From NCBI RefSeq assembly GCF_009914755.1, contig NC_060939.1: 64,000 nucleotides of DNA, one strand, 5' to 3'. The notes under the pieces are model-generated. The model saw only the letters and a list, made by a program, of their open reading frames with translations, ran no database searches and had not been told where the DNA came from. The stretch is from the human T2T-CHM13v2.0 reference genome, Homo sapiens. This document shows positions 30,701-46,972 of this stretch, one piece after another. A program made the translations under genes and the position numbers. Position 1 is the stretch's first letter; the number at the start of each line of letters is the position of its first letter.

Positions 30701-31839
30701 AAAAATCTTTTTATTAGCAGTATTTGGGGGTTCAGGCCTCAGACTTCAGGAAGAAGCCAATGAGAGAACATGATGTGAAGAGGGTCTCCTTTTCTCTCTG
30801 GGAGATCTGCTCTCCATCTTTAACAACTGTGAGCTGCAGGCCCTGTTGTTCTTTGTGCTGCCACTCCTTGACTGAGCTTCTGGAGTGGTGGGGGAAGCCA
30901 CTGAATATTGACTAAGACACGACCACTTCCTTCAGGGAACTTGCCGCCTAAGAAATGGTCATGTCATTGAACAGACACAGAGTCAATGGACCCGTCCCAG
31001 TTCTCAGTAGTGAAGCATCCCATCAGGACAGGGTTCCCGCCTTCAGACCGATCTTCTTAGGACAGTCCCAATACTGTCTGTGGAGGTTGTAATTCCTTCC
31101 TCAGGATAATGGTTTTCTGCACCATCTGTAAATATCTTTTAAGCAGATCTTCAACAAATGATTTTAGTTTCTCATAATTCCAGTCAATCCAACGTTTATT
31201 GAAGGCATGCACAGATGGAAGAGAATGTGTTCTCTGACCTCCTGTCCCTGCTTTTACTCCCCTGGGATTGGCTGTGAACCCCAAATCATTGCTTGGCAGG
31301 CAGCACAAAACCTTCAGCTCCAGAAGAGCCATTTAATAGGTGCTTAAGATGAATTTTTGGAAATTTTTAAGAGGAAAGCAATTTCCCTAAGCATTCAGGA
31401 ATGTTTCTTGTGGCTGTATTTTTATCCTCTGCATTTCTTCCTGCTGCAAGGGATGGCCTGCCACAGCCTTGGTCCAGGGCATCTGCCACCTGTACACAGG
31501 GCCCTAGCCCTCTTTCCTATTCAAGGACTTGACATCTTTCTCTCGTATCATTGATTTTCCTATTTCTTGTGGTTCATCCCATTGGCATACTAACATGCGA
31601 TAACATCCTATATTAAATTAAACAATTAACAGATCAATAAATCTCTTTTCAACCTCCAATTCCTCTTTCATCTATTACTGTATTTTGTACTCTTTATAGC
31701 AAGTACTCATAAACCACTTTATTTATGAGAATAAAGTATTCTCATTGCATGGCTTTCATATTTCCTGCACCCACTTCCTAGAATGCTGTCCCCAGGATCC
31801 TCGCGTCCTCACTTCTTTAGATCTCTGCTCAAACACTTA

Positions 31840-32266
31840 TTATTAGCTGTGTTTGTCTTCTTTTTCATTGCAATAAAGAAATACCTGAGGCTGGGTAATT
31901 TATTAAGAAAAGAGGTTTAATTGGCTCTCAGTTCTGCAGGCTGGACAGGAAGCATGGTGCTGGGATCTGCTCCTGGTGAGGGCCTCAGGAAGCGTCCAAT
32001 CATGGTGGAAGGCACAGGGAGAGCAGGTGCGTCACATGGTGAGATGTGGGGGCAAGAAGAGAGAAGAGGGAGGTCCCAGACTCTTAAACAAGCAGATCTC
32101 ACGTGAACTAACTGAGGGAGAACTCACTCGTCACTAGGGGGATTCTTAGACAGTCATGAGAAATCTGCCTCCATGATCCAGTCACCTCCCAACAGGTCCC
32201 ACCTCCAACATGGGGGATTACATTTCAACATGAGATTCACAGGGGACACACATCCAAACCGTATTA
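31840..32266 (-). mobile_element. Solo LTR, MSTA/MSTB class
   Basis: ATAAAGAAATACCTGAGGCTGGGTAATTTAT..GAAAAGAGGTTTAATTGGCTC...CATCCAAACC. Confidence 0.88.
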
Positions 32267-32572
32267 TTACCTGAAATGATAATGGTTAGTTATCAACTTA
32301 TTTTCTTGTTTATTGTCTGTCTTTAAGACAATAGAATCTAAATTTTATGACAAATTAGATTGAATCTATCTCAATTCATTGGTGTATCACTGGTGCCTGA
32401 AACAGGGCCTGGCACACAGAAAATACTCAATAAATATTTGTAGAATGAGTGAGAATATTAGCCAGAATTTATTTAGTGTTCATGCTGTGTCAGATACTGT
32501 GATACAAGAATTATCTCATTGAACTCTCACAGCAGTTCTATAACACGTTTAATATTATTTCACCCAGTTTTA

Positions 32573-32925
<353 letters not shown>

Positions 32926-33439
32926 ATGGTGAAGTAATTTGCCTAAGTTTATATGGTTAACAAGGTATGGAACTAGATCTTGACCCCAGTTTGGTCTCAC
33001 TCCAAAACTCCTGCTCATAATCACAGGATTATACCGCCCCCAATGACAGCAGCCTACCAGTGAAAGTCCCAGTGACATCAGTTTAAGATTCCCTGCTAAT
33101 GAATGCTGCATGAGGCACCATAAGTGCTCCTTTCACTGTGTAACAGCACTGAACTAGCCTTCAATTCTCCCACACTCTACTCCATAAATGGGTACCTATT
33201 GCAAGTGGAGTGGTTGGACAGGAGGGTGCTGGAGTATGAGTGGAAGGGGGGAGAAGCACTCTATCCTAGAAGCCCAAATTTCTAATCTTCCAGGTTTCAG
33301 CTTTGATGTAGGGCAGACGCCACATGTTTTCCAGATGTCTTAATTCTCCACCTTCACTTTCCTCTGCCTTCTCCCTCTCCTTTTCTGGAAGTTGGGGGAA
33401 CTCTCTTTTGAAGGCATTTTGGTCCCCCAACCTCATGCC

Positions 33440-33805
33440 CTGGGCATGCCCTAGAGGTTGCCCGCAAACAGTTCCTCAGGCCAGGGGTGCAGGTAAGTTA
33501 AGGCTGTCGGAGTGAGCCTCTACCGCGAGGGACAGGAGTTGGTGAATAAAACCCCCTGCTCCACCCCTCTCAGCGGCGCCACTCTGAGGGTGGTTGCACA
33601 GTTTCCTAGAGGGTCCTTAGGGGGACTGAGGCCCTGTTGCCCACGAAAGTAACCCTCCCAAGAACACACTGTGTATGGAGTCTCCTTCCTTCCCAGCCTC
33701 ACCCCCTTGCTGTTTCCCATGCTTCCTGAGCTCACCTCCCAAGTAAGTGATAGGTCCTGGATTCCTCATCTCAGGATCTGCCTTTGGGGAAACCTGACCT
33801 GAGGT
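33440..33805 (+). mobile_element. Old ERVL LTR fragment (LTR16-like)
   Basis: CACCTCCCAAGTAA...CTCATCTCAGGATCTGCCTTTGGGGAAACC terminus motif. Confidence 0.5.
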
Positions 33806-35304
33806 GGACTTCTTCTCCTAAATCTGCATCACCTGTGGAAACAAACCATATCCAGGAGTCACATCCCAAGAACCAGACCATCTTCCCCCAAACATAGGTT
33901 AAATTACATCTCAGTAAGCTGGAAGGGCACAGCTTCGGCCATAATTTCATTCAGTGTCCTCAATCATTCTGCAATAGATACTAGTTAGGTAGGGTCAGCT
34001 CACTTCACACACACAAAAACTGAGGCTCAGGGAGGTGAATTAAGTACCTGGCTATCAAGACTCCAGGTGAGCGGCCATTCATCCTCAAGGGTTTGCGTAA
34101 GAATTCAATAAGCTCTTTTCTGTAATGCACCTAGCAGAGAGCTAAGCATGCAGTGGGTGTTCAATCCATGTAAGTTCTCTTTCCTCTTTTGACTTTTATT
34201 ATTCCACTAAATGGTCTAAAAATTATGTTGTCGCTGGAGTTGGGCCCATATTTCATAAACAGAAAGATAGATGCAACTCCAGCCATTCCTTCTCCTAGGT
34301 GAATAGGTGCACATGGTTCAGGAATGTCCCACTGGAGTCATCCCTCTTCTTTTCACAGGTGCTGTTTATAAACCAGCCCAGCTTTGGCTCAGGACAAGCC
34401 ACCCATCTCCAGGGGCTGGCGTGTGTGCCTCTGCTGACCGCAGCTGCTGACCTGTCTCCTGTACACTCTGGATGCTGTGATGCCCAGACAGCAAAACTTC
34501 TTTTCAGGCTCCCCAAGAAGGCAGGGACCCCAGTTCTCTCAAGAGCTAACATTAGAGCAAATCAGTCTCAAGAGGGAGTCCCAGAATCAAGAGGAAATAT
34601 GGGCTTGCTCCTTGATCCTGGAGTAGAGCACATCTTCCCTGCCTGCATGGCCATGCTGTGAATCTGCAGCTCAGAAGTTGGTCTCCCTAATGCCACACTC
34701 TGGAACCATGTCAGCCACATGATTGTGGCTTCCCGAGGCCACGGCGTGTGCACTCTGCCTGTTCATGTTGTGTTTTCCTGGTGACTCCTTCCTTTGCTAT
34801 TCAGTAATAAGGCTGATCTGCCATAGCAACGCCCACAGCCAATGGCACCTGCACAGTGCGTTCCTTCTCTACTCCACAATATTTCCTTAAAGAAACACAC
34901 ACCTGGAAATTGAATTTCTGGAATGATTCCCAGATGCTTTCCAGAGGAAGCCTGGCGACGTGGGCAAATAGCCCTTTATTTTCCACCACGGGAACAAATA
35001 TTTCTGATCTTTCTTTAGTGTTGGGGCTGCATGCAATAAATACTCAGGTGACACTTTTCTGGGTGGCAGTGGTGAGTGATGGGAATGAGGCTAAATAAAT
35101 ACTTGTCAGTTTGTGTCATTTCCACCAGCACTGAGAGGGTGACTGTTTCAGTATCCAAGCGGAAATTGTGGACTCAGGGCAAAAAGACAGAGATGAAAAT
35201 TCAGTAGTTATCTTCAGAGGGAAAGAATTTTAAGCTGTGGGGATGGATAAAATCTCTATGGAAGGGAAAAAAAGAGAGACAGACAGATGAAAGGAGATGG
35301 GGCC

Positions 35305-35437
35305 TTTGATCATATAATTCATTGCCCAAACTGGAACAACTTTGAGAGTGAAAGGAGGTCACTATTAATAGTGACACTGGGGCCTCAGATGTAAACTAGG
35401 ATTGTCTTGGGCACACAGGGACTTATGGTTGCCCTAA
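35305..35437 (+). mobile_element. MER94-like hAT-Blackjack MITE
   Basis: CATATAATT...TTTGAGAGTGAAAGGAGG..CTATTAATA...TATGGTTGCCCTA. Confidence 0.65.
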
Positions 35438-35848
35438 TGCTAGGGTCAGTCTATTGAAGGGGCCAATGATGATAGCCTGACCCTTGCCACAGCCCTGACA
35501 CTTGCCACATAACAGTAGGGAGTGGTAATGAGGCAGTCACTCAATATAGCTCAGAACATAAGACCTTCTGGTAGGGTCTTCACTGGGGGTGGGGGATGGT
35601 GCTTCATGAACTCCTGAAACTTGTCTTCCCTTGGCTGCCAAAGGCCTCCCTCCCTTCTCTCATCTTCCTCTTTCCATGGGGATGAGGGAGGTACCGTGAG
35701 GCCGGGACACAGATGTCCATGTGCTCTCCAAATGTCTTGGGGGAGGGGAGAAAACTATAACTCTTGGAAATTTGATAGAATTGTCAAAAGAATATAATCA
35801 GCTACATACATTGTTTAACCAAAGTTGTAGTTCTATGATAAAAGATAA

Positions 35849-37622
<1,774 letters not shown>

Positions 37623-37984
37623 AAAAATTTTCTTTTATATTAGCACTAACCATTACCATTTCAATATAATCCCCTAAGGTAATTACAATATACATTTGAT
37701 CCTGCTTGGTTTCCAACCCAGTCCCTCTAGTCTGTGCCCTCCTACCTCTCTGGGGACTTTTCTCCATATTTAAAAACAAACCAACAAAAAATCATCTCTT
37801 GACCCTGAGTTTCTCTCTCAACCTGTATCTAGATGAGTATAAATGCAATACCTTTCATTTTCTCCCACCTCCTTTATACTCTAACCCTGTTGTAATCTGG
37901 CCTTCTAGCATTTCCACATTTTTGTGTTTCAGACTAGATGGAAGAGCTGCTGTAACCTCACTCAGTGTGGTTCACAATAGGCTC

Positions 37985-38530
37985 AGATGAGCTAAGCCAT
38001 TCCGAACATCATATTTCTAAGGAAAGCCAACTGGTTTTTTAAGAAGCAAACTGATTCCAAGTTGGTTAAAACCTGCTTACATTGATTCTAATCAGGTCAA
38101 GCCAACCTTCCTGGGTCATATTGGGTAAAGCCAGCTCAAACAGGATAAAACAGTCCCAAACTGACACATCAGATTCCAAGCAGTTCCTGCTGATCGAGAC
38201 CAGATAAGCCTGCATCTAACTTGTCCTTACTGGATCAGACCAACGTGAATTGAATCACAGCAGTTCAGAAAGAGGAAACTGGATTCAGGCAAGTGATATT
38301 GCTTTATATTAGGGGAAAACAGTGTAAAGTGATTCTTAGTAGAGCAAACAGATCCTAATGAAATTAAAATGGTTTAAAGTCACATTTGTCAAAATAGGCT
38401 GATTCAAACTGGATCAAATCAGCTCTGATTTCAATAGCTTTTCCTTTGTTTGGGAAAAGTTATTGAAACTATTCAACCAGCTTTGAATAGTTTAAACCAG
38501 ATCAACCTGGCAGCATTGCTAAATAGCTTC
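37985..38530. repeat. Highly degenerate ~10-bp periodic tract (AAAC(C/T)(A/G)GTTC-like)
   Basis: Units recur in phase, e.g. CCAGCTCAAA CAGGATAAAA CAGTCCCAAA CTGACACATC; GATTCAAACT GGATCAAATC. Confidence 0.6.
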
Positions 38531-38564
38531 AAAAATATGTTATTAACTATTTATTGAGGTGAAA

Positions 38565-38870
38565 GGCTGGGCACGGTGGTTGACGCCTGTAATACCAGCA
38601 CTTTGGGAGGCTGAGACGGGTGGATTGCTTGAGCACAGGAGTTCGCAACCAGCCTGAGCAACATGGTGAAACCCCGTCTCTACAAAAAATACAAAAATTA
38701 GCCAGACAGTGGTGGCGTATGCCTGTGGTCCCAGCTACTCCGGAGGCTAAGGTTAGTGGATTGCTTGAGCCTACGAGGTCAAGGTTGCCGTCAGCCAAGA
38801 TAGCACCTCTGCACTCCAGCCTGAGTGACAAAGCAAGACTCTGTCTCGAAAAAAAAAAACAACAACAACC
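38565..38870 (+). mobile_element. AluJ-type element
   Basis: Full dimer with A/(CAA) tail. Confidence 0.95.
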
Positions 38871-38992
38871 AAATGAGACAACAAAGAAGCCTCTTTATTG
38901 AGGGGGAAAAAAGAGACAGATAGGTTACAGATGTTGTTATACGTTATATCTTATAATTTACATTTTGCTTTCATAGGTCACAGAAAGATGTA

Positions 38993-39025
<33 letters not shown>

Positions 39026-39473
39026 GTCCAAAGCAAACTCTTTCCTGATTCATCACACAATCTGTAATGTTCATTGCTCTATAGATTACTCTTGACACTA
39101 AAATTATTTCTTACACTGATCACTGTCGTGTGTTTTAATGAAACTGAGGCAAGTTTTTTGCCAAAAAAATTTTCCCCCAATTATCTAGGTATGAGCGTCC
39201 CTCTGTGGGAATAAACTTCATGCCCAGTGCTGACCTTCTCGCAGTGATGTTTTTGGGGAAACATCTTTTTTCACAGGGACAATACACTTGCATTACTTCA
39301 TAGGAGCCAGACCCACAATAGGACACATTTTCAAAGAGAAATTGTTTCTCCAGATCTGTGAGCACACTGTGTCCCAAGGCAGTGCTGCTTTTATAGTAAA
39401 TATGTTGACTATGTGAGCTGCGGAACAGTTCTTCTATAACCTGAATATAACTTTCCAATAAAAATTCTTTCAC

Positions 39474-39846
39474 TTTTTTTTTTTTTTTTTTTTTTTTGGG
39501 GGGAGAGAAGGTCCCGCTCTGTCACCCAGGCTAGAGTGCCATGATCATGGCTCACTGCAACCTCATCTTCCTGGGCTCAGGTGATCTTCCCACCTCAGCC
39601 TCTCGAGTAGCTGGGACTATAGGCCCGTGCCACCACACCCAGCTAGGTTTTTTGTATTTTTGTAGAGATGGGATTTTGTAATTTTTGTATTTTTGTAGAG
39701 ACATGATTTCATAATTTGTGTATTTTTGTAGAGACAGGATTTTGCCATATTGTCCAGGCTGGTCTTAAATTGCTGGGCTCAAGCGATTGGCCTGCCTTGG
39801 CCTCCCAGAGTGCTATGATTACAGGTTTGAGCCACTGCACCTGGCC
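39474..39846 (-). mobile_element. AluJ-type element with internal 33-bp triplication
   Basis: Poly(T) head, antisense dimer, three GTAGAGA units at 33-bp spacing. Confidence 0.93.
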
Positions 39847-40965
39847 CCACATTTTTTATTTAAAAAATTTATGAACTAGATCATCATTGGGTATAGGGAC
39901 ATTCATCATTTTTACTTAGTTGCAACTTCCTGGCTGATGGGCAGTGCGAAAATGAATGCAGAATTATGTTGACTGCCTGGGAGACACCTGGACTGATATA
40001 TAATATACTCATCCAAATGGTAAACTAGTGCAGAAGTGGAAGAAAACATGTAGAGACTCAATAAGAATACAAGTTAAGTTACAATGCAATTAATAGTCAA
40101 ACTGAAGTAGAAAGGTAATTTATATTAACTACATTAAAAATATATATATTTCCCAGGCAGAAAATATTGGATTTTGTGTTTCAAAATCAGACACCTGCAA
40201 GCCTAAAATCCAGGTCTGATCCAATCAAACTTGCTTGAATACTTGTATGCAAATAAAATTTGTTCTCAATTGTTTAAACTGGTTGCAATTGGATTACAAT
40301 GAGAACTACCTTTTCATTTCAGTTTGCACTCACCAAGGTCTCACAGCGACCTTTAAGAGAGTCAGGGATGGGTTAGAGGGTGAAGTAAGAAAATGCCTCC
40401 TACTCCACCCCATGACCACCACTTTTATATTTCTCTGGCCACAGACCTTGCCTCCTGGTGGTCTGGGGAAGAGTTGTATTGTGCATCAGATGCCCAAAAT
40501 GTTCCATGTACACTTGAAAGAAATGTGTATTCTGCCACTGGGTGGACCTGTAAATGTCCATTAGAATCAATTAGTTGGTGGTGTTGCTCAGTTCTTCAAT
40601 GTCTTTGCTGATTTTCTGTCTACTTATACTATCAGTTACTGAGGGGAGAGCTTTGATGTCTTCAACTTTATGGGCTTGTCATTTCTCCATTCAGTTCTAT
40701 CAGTTTTTGGATTTTGTATTCTGAAATTCTATTGTTAGGTATACATACATTTAGGATTGCTATGTTTTCACAGTGAATTGGCTCTTTTGATTATTATGCA
40801 ATGTGTCCTCTTTATCCTTGGTAATTTTCCTTGTTCTAAAGTTGATTTTAATAATAAAATTATATTCCAGGTTTCTTTTGATTAGTGATTATATGGTTTA
40901 GCTTTCTTTCCATATTTTAATTTTTATTCTGATCATAAATATATTATTATATTTAAAGTGGATTT

Positions 40966-41290
40966 TGCTGGGCATGGTGGCTCACACCTGCAACCCCAGC
41001 ACTTTGGGAGGCCAAGGGGGGCAGATCGCTTGAACCCAGGGATTTGAGACCAGCCTGGACAACATGGTGAAACCCCTTCCCTACAAAAAATACAAAAATT
41101 AGCCGGTCGTGGTGGCACACACCTGTGGTTCCATTGGGAGGCAGAGGTGGAAGAATCACCTGAGCCCAGGAAGTCAGGGTTGCAGTGAGCTGTGATTGTG
41201 CCACATACAGTCATCCGGCCTGGGTGACAGTTTTCTTTGTTTGTTTGTTTTGAATTGAGATACTGTCTCAAAAAATTAAAACATAATAAA
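40966..41290 (+). mobile_element. AluJ-type element
   Basis: Dimer with foreign insertion near 3' end; TSD-like TAAAGTG. Confidence 0.92.
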
Positions 41291-41385
41291 GTGAGTTTCT
41301 CTTAGGCAGTATGTAGTTGTTTCTTAGTTTTCTTTGTTTGTTTGCTTTGAATTCATTCAGTCTCTGTCTTTTAACTGGTAGGTCT

Positions 41386-41930
41386 GTTGGACAGACTCCA
41401 AAATGGCCTCTATTGAGTCCTACCTCTTGGATTTATATTGTTGTTTAATCTCCACTCCTTAAGTATGAACAGGTTTGGAGAGGTCCTGTGAGTTGTTTCC
41501 AACCAATAGAATATGGTAAGGTGATGGAATGTCACTTTTGTGATTGTGCTATCTAAGATTGTAACTTCTGTCTTGCTAGCAGTTTTTCTCCATAGACTCA
41601 CTCTCTTCCTGGCTTTGATGAAGTAAGTTGCCATGTTGGGGAGGCTCACATGGCAAGAAACTGAGGCCTTCAATCCAACAGCCCAAAAGAAATGAAATTG
41701 TCTGAACAACTGTGCTTGCAAGCTTAGAATCAGATTTTTCCCCAGTAAAGCCTTCAAATGTGACCTCAGCCCTGGCCAACACCTTGGTTGTAGGTACATG
41801 AAAGACCCTGGGGCAGAGGACCTAGTTTAGCCATGCCTGCATTCCTGACCCACAGAAACTGAGATAATAAACATATGTTCTTTTGAGCTAAGTTTGTGAT
41901 AATTTGTTACATAGAAACAGATATCTAATA
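41386..41930 (+). mobile_element. Solo LTR, MLT1E/F class
   Basis: GGCTCACATGGCAAGAAACTGAGG, TTCCTGACCCACAGAAACT, AAGTTTGTGATAATTTGTTAC. Confidence 0.8.
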
Positions 41931-41980
41931 TTTATATCATTTATGTGTTTATACCATTTAAATTTAATGTAAGAATTGAG

Positions 41981-42322
<342 letters not shown>

Positions 42323-42969
42323 TTGATATGTTTGTACTTAGATCACCATTTTATCACATATTTTATGTTTGTTTCTTCTGATTTTCATTTTCCCTTTCCT
42401 ACTTTCTTCTGAAATATTTGAATATCTTTGTCTTCTATTTTAATTTTCTATTGATATTTTTACTATATCTCTGGGAAAAAAATTTTAGTAGCTGTTCTAG
42501 AGATTACAGTATATGGTCTGCTATTATATTACTATTATATTTTATAATTTCAAGAGGAGTACTCAATTCTTGCATTAAATTTAAATGGTATAAACACATA
42601 AATGATATAAATATTAGATCTTCTCACCATATAGGTACCTTTGGCATCCCCTGTTTACGTAGTCATCATAGTATTATGTATTATGATGACTACATACATT
42701 GAAAATTCCATCAGTCAATGTTACAATTTGTGCTTTCACATATTTCAAAGAACTTAAAATCTATTATATTTTTCCAGGTATCTACCATTTCAGTTGCTCT
42801 TATTTCATTACTATTGTTAAAGTTTCCCTCGATTTAATTTCCTTGTAGTCTGAAGAATTCTCCTTAGCATTTCTTATGGAACAAGTCTGGTATCAAGGAA
42901 TTTTCTTACTTTATCTGAGAATGTCCTTATTTCATTGTCATTCATGAACGATATTTCCACTGGATATAA

Positions 42970-43295
<326 letters not shown>

Positions 43296-43851
43296 GATAA
43301 TTCTTTTCTTTCTGTATGTTAAAAATGTTATTCTACTTCCCTCCAGCTTCCATGGTTTCTGATGAGAAATGCACAGTCATTTAAATAATTGTTTCTCTAC
43401 CTGAAATGAGTCATTTATCTTTGATTGCTTTCAGGATATTTTCTTTATTTTAATAGTTTTCATAAGTTTGATTATAATGTGTGGATGTCTTTGATTTTAT
43501 CCTGTTTGGGATTCACTGAGTTTCTTCAATTTCCATGTTCATGTCTTTTGTGAAATGTGATGTTTTTCCACCATTATTTCTTAAAATATTTTTTTCCCAT
43601 TCAACATCCTTTTTCTTTTCCTTCTAGGAGTGTAATGACACAAATATTAAACTTTTTGGTATTTTTTCCCACAGGCCCCTAAGGTTCTGCTGGGTTTCTT
43701 TTTCAATTTTCTTTCCTTTGTTGTTCAGATTAGATAATTTCTATTGATCTATCTTTAAGTTAATTTTTCATCCAGTTAATCTGAAATTTAAGTTAGTGTC
43801 CTTCTCTTTTTCTGTTCTAATATTTCCATTTGGTTTGTTTTTATATCTTCC

Positions 43852-44293
<442 letters not shown>

Positions 44294-45577
44294 TAGTGTC
44301 TGTTGATTGTCTCGTTCCTTGTCAGTTGAGACTTTCATGGTTCTTCATATGCTGAGTAATTTGGGATTATATCCTAGACATTTTGAATATTACAGGACCC
44401 CAGGTCTGACTTAAATCCTAAAAAGAAGGCTTTTTTTTTTTTTTGAAGCAGGAAATGAAACAGATTATATTATTTTTGCGAGTCCAAACCTGCCTCTTGG
44501 GCTGTGGTTTCAATATCATTTCTGATTTCAGAGTGCAGTGCTATTCAGATCAGTCCTGTGTGTGTGCCACCCAGTGGCCAATCATGGGCCTGGACTGGGG
44601 TCTACCTTGCAGTTTCAGTTCTCCAAACATGTGGTATGGTGTTTAGGATCAGATCCATACATGTGTAGCCTGGAGGTGAGCCCAGGAGCTAAAACATAAG
44701 TTTGTGGGATTTCTGACTTAAGCTCCCTACTCTCCGTGATCTCCCCAACACCCTCTGGCTCCTTGGGGCCTCCCTTTTCAGCCCTCCAGTGAGCAAGCTT
44801 GGGCTTCAGTTTCTCTGCTCTGCCACACTTACCATGACTGTTTCTGTGTTTGGAGTCAAGTGGCAGGAGGAGAAAGGTGAAAAAAAAAGGAAGAAAGATT
44901 TGCCACACACTCTTGTGAACACTGCTCCTCCAGTCAAACAGAATAATTCCCCTCTCTTGGAATCTTAGATGACTGCCTAGCTCCACTCCCACCCCCTCAG
45001 CCTCTGCCACCACCACTGCTGCTACAATATTGCCTGTGGGCTGAGGCTGGAAAGAAGGAAAAAAAAAAACACCAGGAGTTCCCCTGCACCCCACTCTCTC
45101 TCTGACTCTTCAGAATCTCCTTTCTTGTGTTTTAGAGAGGACTTCTCTTGCAGCTCTTTCTGTCTTCCTCTGGTGCACACTTCCAGCTTTATGGCTGCCT
45201 TTTAGTCTAGGCTGGCTGATACTGGGAGGGAAAAAAATTCACTACTGATTTAGTGGGACTTTGAATTCTGGTCTTCTTCCCAAAGCCACCTGCTATGATT
45301 TATGTTTCAGAACTCTCAGATAGCTCCTCCATCCATTCTGTCCAGGATTTATAGTTACATTTAGTGTGTCCTTACTTATTCCATCTTTTCTGGAATAAGG
45401 CTCTCTTTTTGCTTTTTAAATCATCAATCATTTGCTATGTGGGAAATGATATCTTTGTTTATATGTATGGCATTTATTGTCTCCCCCACCCCCGGCCCCT
45501 GCAAAGTTTCATAAAAAACAAAACTTATTGACCAGCAATAACTCTTTATTATATGGCCGGAAAGAATTAGGCAATCC

Positions 45578-46972
45578 ATCTGGAGAAAACAGACTGTTTC
45601 TCTTCGCTCACACAATACTTCTGACAGCAAATGTGTGGGGCTTTTTCTCCATCCCAAGAAGTTCTCCAATTCTGCTCCCATCAGCTGCATGCCCTACGAT
45701 TTAATTCGATTTTGACACTGTCTACCTGGAGCTAAGCATCAGATCCCACAGGGTTAGTTCTCAGTCTCACAAGATTGCCCTGTTAATGGAAAAACCAAAC
45801 TCTGAAAATATTTTAAAGAGGTTTCTTCTGAGCCAATATGAGTGACCATGGCCTAGAGAACACAGTCTCAATAGGTCCTGAGAAAGTGTGTCTGTGGCAG
45901 TCAGATTACAGTTTGGTTGTATAAATTTTAGGGAGGCAGGAGTTATAGGCAAAGACATAAATTCACACATGGAAGGTATACACTGGTTCGGCCCGAAAAG
46001 GTGTGATATCTTGAAGTGGGAGTTTACAGGTTATAGGCGGATTCAGAGATTCTTTAATTTGCAATTGGTTAAAGGAGTAGAGCTTTGTGTAAAAATTTGG
46101 AGTCAACAGAAAAGAAAGTTTTAAGTTAAGATAAGGAAGTATGTGAACCAATATTCGAGGTCAGAGTGACCCGTAGGGCTGAGTGACTTAGCCCTTGTCC
46201 GGCACGGCCTTATGTCCTCTTTATAATTTGATATCTTATTGTCACAAGGAGTCTGTTTTGTTAGTCTTATGGTCTGTATTTTAATATTAATGGTGGTCAG
46301 TTGTGCCTAAACTCCAAAAGGGTGGGGATATATCACCTCCCTTTGTGTCATGCTGGGAATTCCATTTTTAAGGATTTTCTAGGGTCCCCTTAGCCAAGAG
46401 GGGGTCTGTTCAGCTGTTGAGGGGCTTAGGATTTTATTTTTAGTTTTCAGCCTCTACTTCAGATGTCAATCACCAGGCCAGGTCTCTAGTACTTTTGACC
46501 AACCAGCTGCAAATTGGGGTTTCCCCTACCCACCTTCTCAGCAATACTTTGCTGGGATAGCTCACAGAACTCAGGCCATTTACTCGTTTATTATAAAGGA
46601 TACAGATGAAGACTTAGGTGAGGTCTAGAAGGGTCCAAAGCATAGGAGCTTTTGTCCCTGTAGAATTGGGGTACCCCTCTCTCCCAGAGTTTTCATAGAA
46701 TTTAATTTCCTCCCATCCCATTCCTGGAGGTCAGTGGGTAGGGCTGAAAGTTTCAACCTTCTAATCCCTTAGTTTTTCTGGTGTTGAGTCCCATCCTGAG
46801 GCTATCTGGGGTCCTACCCTAAATTACCTCATTAGCATAAACTCAGGTGTGCTCCAAAGAGGCTCCTTAAGAATAAGAAAGGACACCTCATGACTGAGGA
46901 AATTCCAAGGGTTTTAGATTCTCTGTGCCAGGACCACGGACAAAGACCAAATATACTTCTTATCACACTACA
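45578..46972 (-). mobile_element. MER21-like LTR, split by a nested MER4-type LTR
   Basis: CTTCTGACAGCAAATGTGTGGG...TCAGATCCCACAGG..CACAAGATTGCCC resumes as CTACTTCAGATGTCAATCAC after 46449. Confidence 0.75.
45781..46449 (-). mobile_element. MER4-family ERV1 solo LTR
   Basis: TG...CA ends; TGTTAATGGAAAAACCAAACTCTG..AATATTTTAAAGAGGTTT start; GGGGCTTAGGATTTTATTTTTAGTTTTCA end; GCCC/GCCT flanks. Confidence 0.8.

Noticed and set aside
37985-38530. CRISPR-like or other repeat-spacer array
   Set aside because: No identical direct repeats with unique spacers, and the context is mammalian
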